Assembly: GCF_039654945.1 (NCBI RefSeq)
Contig: NW_027362050.1
Span: 682,001 to 746,000 of the forward strand
Direction: 5' to 3'
DNA length: 64,000 nt
Origin: Dendrobates tinctorius
Lineage: Eukaryota
The notes below the pieces were generated by a model. It saw only the letters and a list, made by a program, of their open reading frames with translations. It had not been told where the DNA came from and did no database searches. The position numbers were made by a program, and so were the translations under genes. Numbering within the stretch: position 1 is the stretch's first letter; each line of letters starts with the position of its first letter. Below, piece by piece: positions 13,317-25,099 of this stretch.

Positions 13317-13496
13317 TCAGAATACTTACGACCATGTGATATTTCAGTTTTTCTTTTTTAATAAATTTGGAAAAATTTCTACATTTCTCATTTTTTTTCA
13401 GTCAAGATGGGGCGCAGAGTGTACATTAATGAGAAAAAAATGAACTTTTTTGAATTTACCAAATGGCTTCAATGAAACAGAGTGAAAAATTTAAAG
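13317..13496 (+). mobile_element. Tc1 terminal-repeat remnant, first half (second half at 32149-32190)
   Basis: atatttcagtttt...gagtgaaaaatttaaag continues after the Penelope insert as ...aaagggttctgaatactttccatacccactg, a typical Tc1 end. Confidence 0.65.
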
Positions 13497-13704
13497 TAAA
13501 TCAGATATAAAGTCTATGCCTAAAAAATGGTACTTCCAAAATCTATATTTTTAACCAAAGAAGAGAAAAACTCCAAGGAAGATTTTACCAACAATAATTC
13601 AACATTTTTATTTATATTCATATATGAGGCATAAGTGCTACAAAGTTATATGTGGGGACAAAAATACAAATAGAGCCGCATAAACACTCAAGGTATAATA
13701 TATA

Positions 13705-14925
13705 CACTCACTGGCCACTTTATTAGGTACACCATGCTAGTAACGGGTTGGACCCCCTTTTGCCTTCAGAACTGCCTCAATTCTTCGTGGCAGAGATTCA
13801 ACAAGGTGCTGGAAGCATTCCTCAGAGATTTTGGACCATATTGACATGATGGCATCACACAGTTGGCGCAGATTTGTCGGCTGCACATCCCTGATGCGAA
13901 TCTCCCGTTCCACCACATCCCAAAGATGCTCTATTGGATTGAGATCTGGTGACTGAGGAGGCCATTTGAGTACAGTAAACTCATTGTCATGTTCAAGAAA
14001 CCAATCTGAGATGATTCGAGCTTTATGACATGGCGCATTATCCTGCTGAAAGTAGCCATCAGATGTTGGGTACATTGTGGTCATAAAGGGATGGACATGG
14101 TCAGCAACAATACTCAGGTAGGCTGTGGCGTTGCAACGATGCTCAATTGGTACCAAGGGGCCCAAAGAGTGCCCAGAAAAAATTCCCCACACCATGACAC
14201 CACCACCACCAGCCTGAACCGTTGACACAAGGCAGGATGGATCCATGCTTTCATGTTGTTTACGCCAAATTCTGACCCTACCATCCAAATGTCGCAGCAG
14301 AAATCGAGACTCATCAGACCAGGCAACGTTTTTCCAATCTTCTACTGTCCAATTTCGATGAGCTTGTGCAAATTGTAGCCTCAGTTTCCTGTTCTTAGCT
14401 GAGAGGAGTGGTACCCAGTGTGGTCTTCTGCTGCTGTAGCCCATCTGCCTCAAAGTTCGACGCACTGTGCGTTCAGAGATGCTCTTCTGCCTACCTTGGT
14501 TGTAACGGGTGGCAATTTGAGTCACTGTTGCCTTTCTATCAGCTCGAACCAGTCTGCCCATTCTCCTCTGACCTCTGGCATCAACATGGCATTTCCGGCC
14601 ACAGAACTGCCGCTCACTGGATTTTTTTTCTTTTTTGGACCATTCTCTGTAAACCCTAGAGATGGTTGTGCGTGAAAATCCCAGTAGATCAGCAGTTTCT
14701 GAAATACTCAGACCAGCCCTTCTGGCACCAACAATCATGCCACGTTCAAAGGCACTCAAATCACCTTTCTTCCCCATACTGATGCTCGGTTTGAACTGCA
14801 GGAGATTGTCTTGACCATGTCTACATGCCTAAATGCACTGAGTTGCCGCCATGTGATTGGCTGATTAGAAATTAAGTCTTAACACACAGTTGGACAGGTG
14901 TACCTAATAAAGTGGCCAGTGAGTG
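13705..14925 (-). mobile_element. Full-length Tc1/mariner DD36E (Incomer-type) transposon
   Basis: ~29-bp TIRs cactcactggccactttattaggtacacc, TA flanks, 1221 bp. Confidence 0.95.
13737..14777 (-). CDS. Intact DD36E Tc1 transposase, 346 aa
   Basis: HTH N-terminus, [17 protein letters not shown]; 36 residues between second D and E. Confidence 0.93.
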   Translation of the reverse strand: MGKKGDLSAFERGMIVGARRAGLSISETADLLGFSRTTISRVYREWSKKEKKSSERQFCGRKCHVDARGQRRMGRLVRADRKATVTQIATRYNQGRQKSISERTVRRTLRQMGYSSRRPHWVPLLSAKNRKLRLQFAQAHRNWTVEDWKNVAWSDESRFLLRHLDGRVRIWRKQHESMDPSCLVSTVQAGGGGVMVWGIFSGHSLGPLVPIEHRCNATAYLSIVADHVHPFMTTMYPTSDGYFQQDNAPCHKARIISDWFLEHDNEFTVLKWPPQSPDLNPIEHLWDVVEREIRIRDVQPTNLRQLCDAIMSIWSKISEECFQHLVESLPRRIEAVLKAKGGPTRY

Positions 14926-15202
14926 TATATAGTTAATATATTGCACATGAACCAGTATATCGAAAATGGAAGATTAGTTCCTCAATTCATGAAAAAGGCA
15001 AATGCCTATTAAATAGGTACAGAGCATATTCCAACAAATTTACAGCATATCAGCAGTTACTCCCATAAAGTGCATGTGCAAATAGAGTGGCTGATATAAA
15101 GAAGAAACATAATGTGCAAGGAAATGCAATAGCTGTCCGATAGTAAAAAGTCCATATATGTGCTAACAAAGAGTTAAATGGATATACCTGAAGGAGGCAA
15201 AC

Positions 15203-15240
15203 ACCCCGACGCGCATTTCGCATTAGCTTTATCTAGGCGA
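15203..15240 (-). ncRNA. Variant minimal hammerhead ribozyme motif in Penelope left arm
   Basis: Minus strand cct-AGATAA-agctaatgc-GAAA-tgcgcgtc-gggg; mirror copy at 31686. Confidence 0.5.
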
Positions 15241-16302
15241 GGCGTAGGTGTGAGATATCTTTCAAATGTGCTCTTTTATAGTACTCAGTTCATTAGTGGC
15301 TATGTGGCGTCATATCCGTCTATAACTAAATGTAGGAATCGAGGCAATAGACGCTGAGTGTACTACGCCCACCCTCCAAACACAAAGCGGCAAGGAAGAG
15401 AGGGCGGATACACATGAGACACGTTACCATAGCGGCCATTTAGACAACCAAGCAGAGCCCGGGAGCAACCATCCGCCCGACGCATCAGAGAAAGACGGCT
15501 GCTCCGAGCCCCACGTGGGTCTGTTGCTATGGTAGATGTAAACAACGTCCCGTGTCATGCCATCATCTCTACAAACCCCACGCGCCAGGGTAGGAGGGAA
15601 GAACGGAGGTCACACTACAGAGTGTTATGAATGAGTCACCGGAGGAGGAAAAAACAAAAACACAAGCTAAGTCCAGAAAACCGGAGAGGTTGGTAGCTAG
15701 CGGATTGCAGACCCCTGATCCTATTCACAACAACTAACAGTAGCCGTGGAGGGTTCCTACGGTGCCCTAGACTCCTCGTCAAAGCCGGAGGGCTAAATAA
15801 GCCTAAAGAAAGAAAGGGGAAATCTAAACTGCCCCAGAGCAGACCCCAAAGCAATAGACAGCCCCCAACATGTATTGTCGGTGAAAAACAGATGAAAACA
15901 CAAACACAGACAGAAAGACATGCTGAGCAAATGATGGGGCCCAACTAACTAGATAGGAAAGGACAGAAAAGATGCTGGCTGCAATCACGCAAAAAACCCT
16001 GCCAAAAATAATGTCCAACACGTCTGATAGAAAAGGCCCTGAAGTCACTAGACTTCAAAATCACTATATCAGCACTCAGGTATATTCTGAAGACAGAGCA
16101 AAGAGATCAACTGATCAGAGACAAAAATGGAGTTCAGCCCGTCCCAACCAGGGCAGGCTGAACACAAACACTAAGTAAACAGACAAAATCTCATGTAAAA
16201 ATAGCAGAGCAAAAACTTAGCTTTTAGTAGACAGGAACTAAACTGGGTGCCAGAGCTCAGAGCAGAAAGGATCACCAGCAACCCTGCAGGGCGTCGGCTG
16301 CC

Positions 16303-17261
16303 TTATATCCACTCAGAAATTCCGGATGTCCAATCACACTCCACCTGTTCAGATGACAGGTTCTTCCCATCCAGATCAATTTCACTACCTCCTTTCATCA
16401 GCAGAGGGAGTTCATCAGACATCAGAGATGAAGGAGAAAATGAACTCATAACAGTTCCTCCCCCTTGAGGAGGGGTCACCGAACCCTCATCCACGCCACC
16501 AGGGCGATCAGGATGGGCCCGATGAAAAGCACGAACCAATCTTTCGGCATGAATATCGGATGCAGAGACCCAAGAATTATCCTCCTGGCAATAACCCTTC
16601 CATTTAAACAAATACTGGAGTCTCCGTCTAGCCAGACGAGAGTCCAGTATCTTCTCAACCTCATATTCCACATTACCTTCAACCAATACAGGGTCAGGAG
16701 GTGCCACCACAGGAACTACTGGCTCAACAAACCTCTTTAACAGAGACTTATGAAACACATTATGGATCTTGAATGTAACAGGAAGAGCCAATCGAAACGA
16801 GACTGGATTAAGAATCTCCAAAATCTTGTAAGGTCCAATAAATCTAGGTTTAAACTTTGGAGAAGCCACCTTCATAGAGATATTCTTTGATGACAACCAA
16901 ACGATATCACTCACCTTAAACCGGGGACCAATTGTCCTATGCCGGTTGGAAAACCGCTGGGCCTTTTCCTGGGAGAGAGACAACTTATCCACCACTTGGT
17001 CCCAGATCTGGTGCATTCTCTCCACCACAGTGTCAACACCTGGGCAGGCAGAAGACTCCACCTGCCCTGAAGAGAATTGAGGATGAAACCCAAAGTTACA
17101 AAAAAAAGGTGACATCAAAGTGGCAGAACTAGCTCTATTATTTAAAGCAAATTCGGCCAAGGGCAAAAATGAAACCCAATCATCCTGATCAGCAGAAATA
17201 AAACATCTCAAATACGACTCCAAAGTCTGGTTTGTTCTCTCCGTCTGCCCATTGATCTGAG
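16303..17261 (-). pseudogene. Gypsy integrase C-terminus plus chromodomain
   Basis: NGQTERTNQTLE, PRFIGPY, HNVFHKSLLK, YEVEKILDSR...YLFKWKGY...SW; separated from upstream pol by the hAT insertion. Confidence 0.9.
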
Positions 17262-19319
17262 CAGAGGCGTATCTAGGCTCTCTGGCACCCGGGGCAAGAA
17301 TTCGGTTCGGTGCCCCCCCCCCAAGTACATATGCGACTTGCACACTTAGCCATGTACCCACGAGCTGCTCCTCCTAATGCTCTCAATGTTCAGTAAAAAA
17401 CTGAGAGAAGCAGGAAGAGAAGCTTGTTGTCAAGTATGAAAATCGCACATGAGTGAAGTGTCCATGTGATGACAACTGGAACCTGCAGCGCTGAATCCTG
17501 ACATTGCAGCTTCTGAATTCTCACATCGAATGCACTGCACACATTTAGGATTCTCCCTTGCCGATGTACAGTCATGTCAGCACAAGTATGTGGTTTATAT
17601 ACTTCTGGCCACATTCTGACTAGACGTGCCCGGCCTCGCTCCGTTCACTTTCATTGAGTGAGGCCACACATGTCTAGTCAGCATGTGACCGTATGTATGT
17701 AAATTACCGGCATGAGAGAATCCTAACAGCGTGCAGTGAGCACTGTGAGAATTCAGAAGTCTGCAGTCACATAGAATGACTGCAGACTCCGTACAAACCT
17801 GGACAACCCCTTTAATGTTCCTAACAAATAAAAACATGAGAATTAGTCAGTAGCACAAATAATATTTACATACAGGTACCTTATAGATGACGTCGTCTCT
17901 GCAGTCAGTCTCCTTTTCTTCTAGACCCCATGATGAGTTTTCTCATCCACATCTCGTCTCTGTAGACGTCCATCTTCTCCGGTCTTCTGCAGCAAATCTC
18001 CACACGACACCCTTAAAGATAGATGTGTCATTATAATGCTCCTAAATAAAAATATCTGCAATATACTGTCACCTCACACTATTCCCCTCCCTCCTCATAC
18101 TGTCCCCTCTAGCATCCCACCTGTTCACCATACTGTCTCCTCATATATTTAACCCCTCACTCTCTATACTGTCTGCTCACACATATCCCCGACTCCCCAT
18201 ACTGTGTCCACTTACATTAACCCATTCGCTCCCCATACTGTCTGCACCAATCCCCCATACTGTTTCCTCATACATACTCTTTATTTTGTGTCCTCAAATC
18301 TCCCCACACATTAAATTCCCCCATCCCCAATCCCCCACATACATTAAGTACCCCCATCCCCATTCCAAATCCCCCCACACATTAACCCAATCCCCACTCA
18401 TTAACCCCCATCAGCACTCCAAATACCCCCACACATTAACCCCAACCCCACTCATTAACGCCCCCATACATTAACCCCCATCCCCATTCATTAACCCCCG
18501 CACACATTAACCCAATCCCCACTCATTAACCCCATCACCACTCCAAATCCCCCCACACATTAAATAACCATCTGCACTCCAAATACCCCCACACATTAAC
18601 CCCCATCCCCATTCATTAACCCCCACACACATTAACCCAATCCCCACTCATTAACCCCCGCACACATTAACCCAATCCCCATTCATTAACCCCCGCACAC
18701 ATTAAACCAATCCCCACTCATTAACCCCCATCACATTAAATAACTCCCATCTCCACTCCAAATCCCCCCACACATTAACCCCATGGCATCCCCACTCATT
18801 AACCCCCATCCCCACTCTAAATACCCCCACACATTAACCCCATGGCATCCCCACTCATTAACCCCCATCCCCACTCTAAATACCCCCACACATTAACCGC
18901 CATCCCCTCTACAAATCCCCCCCCATCTCCCATCTTCGGTGGTTCTTCAGCTCCACAGTGGAGCACACTTACCAGCAGCATTTGCTTTGGGCGCCGGGGA
19001 GTGACGTCAGCAGCGTGATCACATGACATGATCAGGCTGCTGACATCGCTCTGGCCCGGCGGTCAGAGCTTCAATTGTACAGGCGTCTGTATAGACGCCA
19101 GTACAATTGCTCCCTGGGAGCCGGCACGGCCTCCTTCTCTGCGCCGGCTGTCAGCTTGACAGCTGACACAGAGAACCGCCGACTCTCAGGCGGGGGGCGG
19201 CAGAACGCAGCCGCCAGTGAGGACACTGCGGACCGCTGCATTAGGCGGCCCGACTGCGCCCCCCTGCTGGCTGCGCCCGGGGCAACTGCCCCGGCTGCCC
19301 CCCCCTAGATACGCCACTG
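17262..19319. mobile_element. Non-autonomous hAT-type DNA element inserted in the Gypsy integrase
   Basis: TIRs cagaggcgtatctagg / cctagatacgccactg; perfect 8-bp TSD gatctgag (17254-17261, 19320-19327); internal C-rich cacattaacccc repeats ~18300-18900. Confidence 0.92.
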
Positions 19320-22300
19320 GATCTGAGGGTGAAACGCAGAGGAGAAGGACAACTGAATTCCCAGCTTGGAACAGAAAGTCCTCCAAAATCTAGAAACAAA
19401 CTGAACTCCTCTGTCAGATACAATATTCTCAGGAATCCCGTGCAAGTGAACCACCTGTTGCAAAAACAAGGGCACCAACTCTGAGGAAGATGGCAACTTA
19501 GGGAGTGGTACAAGATGGACCATCTTAGAGAATCTATCACAAATCACCCAAATAACAGTCATTCTCTGAGAGACAGGCATATCAGAGATAAAATCCATTG
19601 AAATATGGGTCCATGGCCTCCTGGGCACCGGCAAAGTCATCACCAACCCACTAGAGCGAGAACAAGGTTTAGACCGGGAGCAAGTCCCACAAGACTGCAC
19701 AAAATTCCTGACATCACGAGACAAGGCAGGCCACCAAAAAGACAGACTCACCAAATCTCTAGTACCAAAAATACCTGGATGACCAGCCAATGCGGAGCAA
19801 TGAACTTCAGACATTACTCTCTTCCTCCACTGGTCAGGAACATACAATTTTCCAATGGGACAACGCTCAGGTTTGTCCTCCTGAAACTCTTCCAGAGCAC
19901 GTCTCAAATCGGGCGAGATGGCAGAAAGAACTACCCCCTCACGTAAGATGGTAGCAGGTTTGGTCACAATAGGAGAATCAGCAAAGAAACTCCTAGAGAG
20001 GGCGTCTGCCTTGACATTCTTAGCGCCCGGAATAAAAGAGACAACAAAATCAAAAAGTGTGAAAAGCAAGGCCCACCTAGCCTGTCTAGTATTCAAGCGT
20101 TTGGCCGACTCCAGGTAAATCAAATTCTTGTGGTCAGTAAGGACCACGACTTGATGTTTAGCTACCTCCAACCAATGTCTCCACTCCTCAAATGCCCATT
20201 TCATGGCTAACAGTTCCCGATTTCCCACATCATAGTTACGTTCGGATGGGGAGAACTTTCGGGAAAAGAAAGCACAGGGATTCATTTTAGATGTTACAGG
20301 ATCTTTTTGGGACAAAACAGCTCCTGCACCAATCTCAGAAGCGTCCACCTCTACCTGAAACGGGAGTGAGACATCAGGTTGCCGCAAGACCGGAGCAGAA
20401 GTGAACCTTCGCTTCAGCTCCTGAAAGGAAGAAACAGCCTCCAGAGACCAATTCAGCACATCAGCACCCTTCTTAGTCAAATCAGTCAATGGTTTGGCAA
20501 TACCAGAAAAATTAGCTATAAATTTACGATAAAAATTAGCAAAACCCAAAAACTTCTGGAGGGCTGAACCCAATCATAAATGGCCTGTACCTTGGCCGGG
20601 TCCATTTCAATAGTTGACGGAGACAAAATAAATCCCAAAAATGAAATCCTCTGTACCCCAAAAAGGCATTTCGATCCCTTGACATACAGGGAATTCTCCC
20701 TCAAAATCCGGAACACAGTCCGAACATGTTCCACATGAGAGTCCCAATCCCTGGAAAAGATCAAAATATCATCCTGATAGATGATCAAAAATTTATCCAC
20801 AAAGTCTCGGAAAATATCATTCATGAAGCACTGGAAGACAGAAGGGGCATTAGTGAGCCCAAAAAGGCATCACCAGGTACTCAAAATGTCCCTCCGGAGT
20901 ATTAAACGCCGTCTTCCATTCATCCCCATGCTTAATGCGAATAAGATTATAGGCCCCCCTAAGGTCAAGCTTGGTAAACCAGCAAGCACCTTTAACTCTG
21001 GAGAATAGATCAGAAATCAGGGGTAACGGATACTGATATTTAACAGTAATTTTGTTGAGGGAACGATAGCCAATACAAGGCCTTAATGAACCATCTTTCT
21101 TGGCCACGAAAAAAAACCCAGCACCTAAGGGTGAAGAGGATGGTCTAATATGACCCTTCTCCAACGACTCCTTAATATAGGATCGCATAGCCTCGTGCTC
21201 GGGTACAGATAAATTGAAAAGTCAACCCTTGGGAAATTTACACCCAGGGCTCAGCTCAATTGCACAGTCATAACTCCTATGAGGAGGCAAAGATGCAGAC
21301 TCATTCACACTAAATACATCATAAAAATCAGCCAAATAGTCAGGAACATCATGCGACTGGGGAGAGGTGGAGAAAACAGGAGCGTCACCAAGAGCACACC
21401 GACAACCCCAACTCACCACAGACAAAGATTTCCAATCCAAACCAGGATTATGGATTTGCAACCAAGGAAACCCCAGAACAATGGTATCATGCAAATTATG
21501 CAACAACAAAAATCTGCAATTTTCTTGATGGTCTGGGGCGACCCGCATTACCACCTGGGTCCAAAACTGAGGTTTATTCTTCGCCAAAGGAGTAGCATCA
21601 ATACCCCTCAAAGGGATAGGTGTCCGCAGAGGTGTCATAGGAAACCCACAACGTTTAGCAAAATCCAAGTCCATCAGGTTCAGAGCTGCTCCCGAATCCA
21701 CAAAAGCCTTAGCGGAAAATGTGGACAGGGAGCAGATCAGCGTAATTGCCAGAAGAAACTTAGGTTGAACACCACCCACAGCAAATGTGTGTGCAAAACG
21801 TTTCTCTCGTTTAGGTCAGACAGAAATAATATGAGAGGCATCTCCACAAAAAAACACAGCTTATTACGCCTTCTGAACGCCTGACATTGCGCCCTAGACA
21901 AAACTCTATCACATTGCATAGGTTCAGACATTTGTTCAACAGGTGGCAACACCTCTCGTGCAGTTTTGCGTTCACGCAAACGCTGATCAACCTGAATGGC
22001 TAATGACATAGAATCGTCAAGACCAGAGGGAAAGGAAATCCCACCATAGTATCGTTTACGGTTTCTGACAAACCCTTCCAAAAGAGAGCTGCCAAGGCAC
22101 CATCATTCCAGGTAGTAAGGACCGCCCACTTTCGGAATTTTTGGCAGTACAAATCTGCAGAATCCTGACCCTGGCTCAATGCCACCAGGGCCTTTTCAGC
22201 CTGATCAATAGCATTAGGTTCATCATACAACAACCCCAAGGCTTGAAAGAATGCGTTCACATTAGTTAGAATAGGATCATCAGGTTTTAAAGAAAACGCC

Positions 22301-22557
22301 CAATCCTGGGGATCGCCGCTCAGCAAAGAGATGACAATTTTAACCTGCTGCTCGGAGCTCCCCGATGAGTTAGGGTTCAAGGCAAAAAATAATTTACAAT
22401 TATTCTTAAAATTGAAAAATTTAGACGGATCCCCAAAAAACACATCAGGAGTAGGGATCTTTGGATCAGCAGCATGTGAATGAGCAAGATAGGTGGAAAT
22501 TCCCCGCACTTCAGCAGTGAGCTGCTCCACACGATCAGACAATTGCTTAATCTCCAT
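19320..22557 (-). pseudogene. Gypsy gag-pol, frameshifted: capsid, Zn knuckle, protease, RT, RNase H, integrase
   Basis: KIPTPDVFFGD capsid; AFVDSGA protease; [10 protein letters not shown] and YQDDIL RT; VDASEIGAGAVL RNase H; HHCC and HISMDFI integrase. Confidence 0.92.
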
Positions 22558-24229
22558 TGAGAAAAAATTCCCCCTACGGCCTCAGAGAAATAGAGGAAAA
22601 AATATACACAAAAAAAAAATTCTGACACTTTTTTTTTTTTTTTTTTTACAATTCTTTCCTGCTATTGAGTACCCTAGAATCTGCAGTATGGCTGGTGATT
22701 CTGTTATGAATGAGTCACCGGAGGAGGAAAAAACAAAAACACAAGCTAAGTCCAGAAAACCGGAGAGGTTGGTAGCTAGCGGATTGCAGACCCCTGATCC
22801 TATTCACAACAACTAACAGTAGCCGTGGAGGGTTCCTACAGTGCCCTAGACTCCTCGTCAAAGCCGGAGGGCTAAATAAGCCTAAAGAAAGAAAGGGGAA
22901 ATCTAAACTGCCCCGGAGCAGACCCCAAAGCAATAGACAGCCCCCAACATGTATTGTCGGTGAAAAACAGATGAAAACACAGACAGAAAGACAGGCTGAG
23001 CAAATGATGGGGCCCAACTAACTAGATAGGAAAGGACAGAAAAGATGCTGGCTGCAATCACGCAAAAAACCCTGCCAAAAATAATGTCCAACACGTCTGA
23101 TAGAAAAGGCCTTGAAGTCACTAGACTTCAAAATCACTATATCAGCACTCAGGTATATTCTGAAGACAGAGCAAAGAGATCAACTGATCAGAGACAAAAA
23201 TGGAGTTCAGCCCGTCCCAACCAGGGCAGGCTGAACACAAACACTAAGTAAACAGACAAAATCTCATGTAAAAATAGCAGAGTAAAAACTTAGCTTTTAG
23301 TAGACAGGAACTAAACTGGATGCCAGAGCTCAGAGCAGAAAGGATCACCAGCAACCCTGGCAGCAACCAGGGCGTCGGCTGCCTTATATCCACTCAGAAA
23401 TTCCGGATGTCCAATCACACTCCACCTGTTCAGATGACAGGTTCTTCCCATCCAGATCAATTTCACTACCTCCTTTCACCAGCAGAGAGAGTTCATCAGA
23501 CATCAGAGATGAAGGAGAAAATGAACTTATAACAACAGAGACATCCACAGCAGATCCGCACAAAGACCATAGAATGGAGCAATCCAAATTATTGTCGCTA
23601 TATAATAATTAATAAAGTAAAAAAATGGGGGATAGAAATGAATAAGGAAAGTGATAAAGTGCATATAAATACATAATATAAAGTGAATTATTATATATTA
23701 TTCATTATAAAAGAAAAAAGAACCCAATTTATATCACTATAATAAAGGAATTATAAAAAATAACTTGTCATATATAGTGAAAATATTATACATTATTAAA
23801 TGACATTTAATGATATATCATATCGTTCAATATTTTTAACATGCATATTTTAAGCCTAAATATATTAAGTGCATAAAGTGCAAAAAGGAGACCAAATTTA
23901 CATAGTGTACAAAATACATGCATATTTTAACCAGTATCTAATATACACAGGAATCAGGCATACATATACAATACAAAGTGCATACAAAAATTATAAAAAA
24001 AAATTTCTTTAAAACAATGTTTCTAAAAAATATAAATATATACAGAGATCTCCTTAAAATATTCTTTGGAAAAAGTTCTTTTCTTCATATCTTGTATACA
24101 AGTATTTCCGGATACTGTCCCACATAGCCACCAATATTCAATAAAAGTGGAAAAAATGTCAAAACTATGGATATAAGAAAAATAAAAAAATTATTAAAAT
24201 ACAGATAAAACATTAAAAACAGCATTTTC

Positions 24230-24545
24230 ATAGAAAAGGGGCATAACTGAGAATTTCATTAAGACCCAATGGTTGCATTGATCCAATTCTAGAGATCCAA
24301 TTGGCTTCTAATTGAGCCAGACTTTTTTTCAAATTTCATCCTCTAATATCAGTATAGACTTTGTCAATGCCAATGACCTTAAGCAACTGAGCATCTCCTT
24401 TATGAAAAAGTTTAAAATGTTTAGAAATGGGTTTTAATATAGTCAAGTCATCTATGTCACTGGCATTGAGAATGTCACGGTAGTGTTCCCTTATTCTTAC
24501 CTTCAGGGCTCTTGATGTTAATCCAACATACACTTTCGGACTGGA
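24230..24545 (-). pseudogene. Penelope GIY-YIG endonuclease C-terminal remnant
   Basis: KVYVGLTSRALKVRIREH ... then W(I)..IGSMQP.GLNE-like end. Confidence 0.8.
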
Positions 24546-25099
24546 ATTGGGAATCTATATCTTTGTTAAAAACTTCCATTTCCTGGGCATTTAAAGTTTG
24601 TATATCCAATAGATTAATCACCTGTAATTTGGATCAATGCAACCATTGGGTCTTAACCCATTCACCCCCAAGGGTGGTTTGCACGTTCATGACCGGGCCA
24701 ATTTTTACAATTCTGGCCACTGTCCCTTTATGAGGTCATAACTCTGGAACGCTTCCATGGATCCCGGTGATTCTGACATTGTTTTCTCGTGACATATTGT
24801 ACTTCATGTTAGTGGTAAAATTTCATTCAAATAACTTGCATTTATTTGTGAAAAAAATGGAAATTTGGCGAAAATTTTGAAAATTTCGCAATTTTCCAAC
24901 TTTGAATTTTTATGCCCTTAAATCACAGAGATACGGCACACAAAAAACTTGATAAGTAACATTTCCCACATGTTTACTTTACATCAGCACAATTTTGGAA
25001 CCAAAATTTTTTTTGTTAGGAAGTTATAAGGGTTAAAAATTGACCAGCGATTTTCTCATTTTCGCAACACCATTTTACTTTTACGGACCACATCACATT

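Larger units (their letters stand above)
15623..23534 (-). mobile_element. Full-length Ty3/Gypsy chromodomain (sushi-like) LTR retrotransposon, family A
   Basis: LTRs 22702-23534 (5') and 15623-16453 (3'), TGTT...AACA; PPT caagggggaggaac; TSD acagag; gag-PR-RT-RH-IN-chromo order. Confidence 0.95.

Noticed and set aside
12651-13335. Repetitive ORFs and a CRISPR-like look of the 30-bp array
   Set aside because: Contiguous tandem minisatellite with no unique spacers; eukaryotic context, no cas genes.
16303-17361. 352-aa ORF as a standalone gene
   Set aside because: Its N-terminus is read from the hAT insert; the rest is the split Gypsy integrase/chromodomain.
19305-22557. Domesticated PEG10/RTL1-like gene
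   Set aside because: Flanked by LTRs and a TSD and frameshifted; an ordinary retrotransposon copy.
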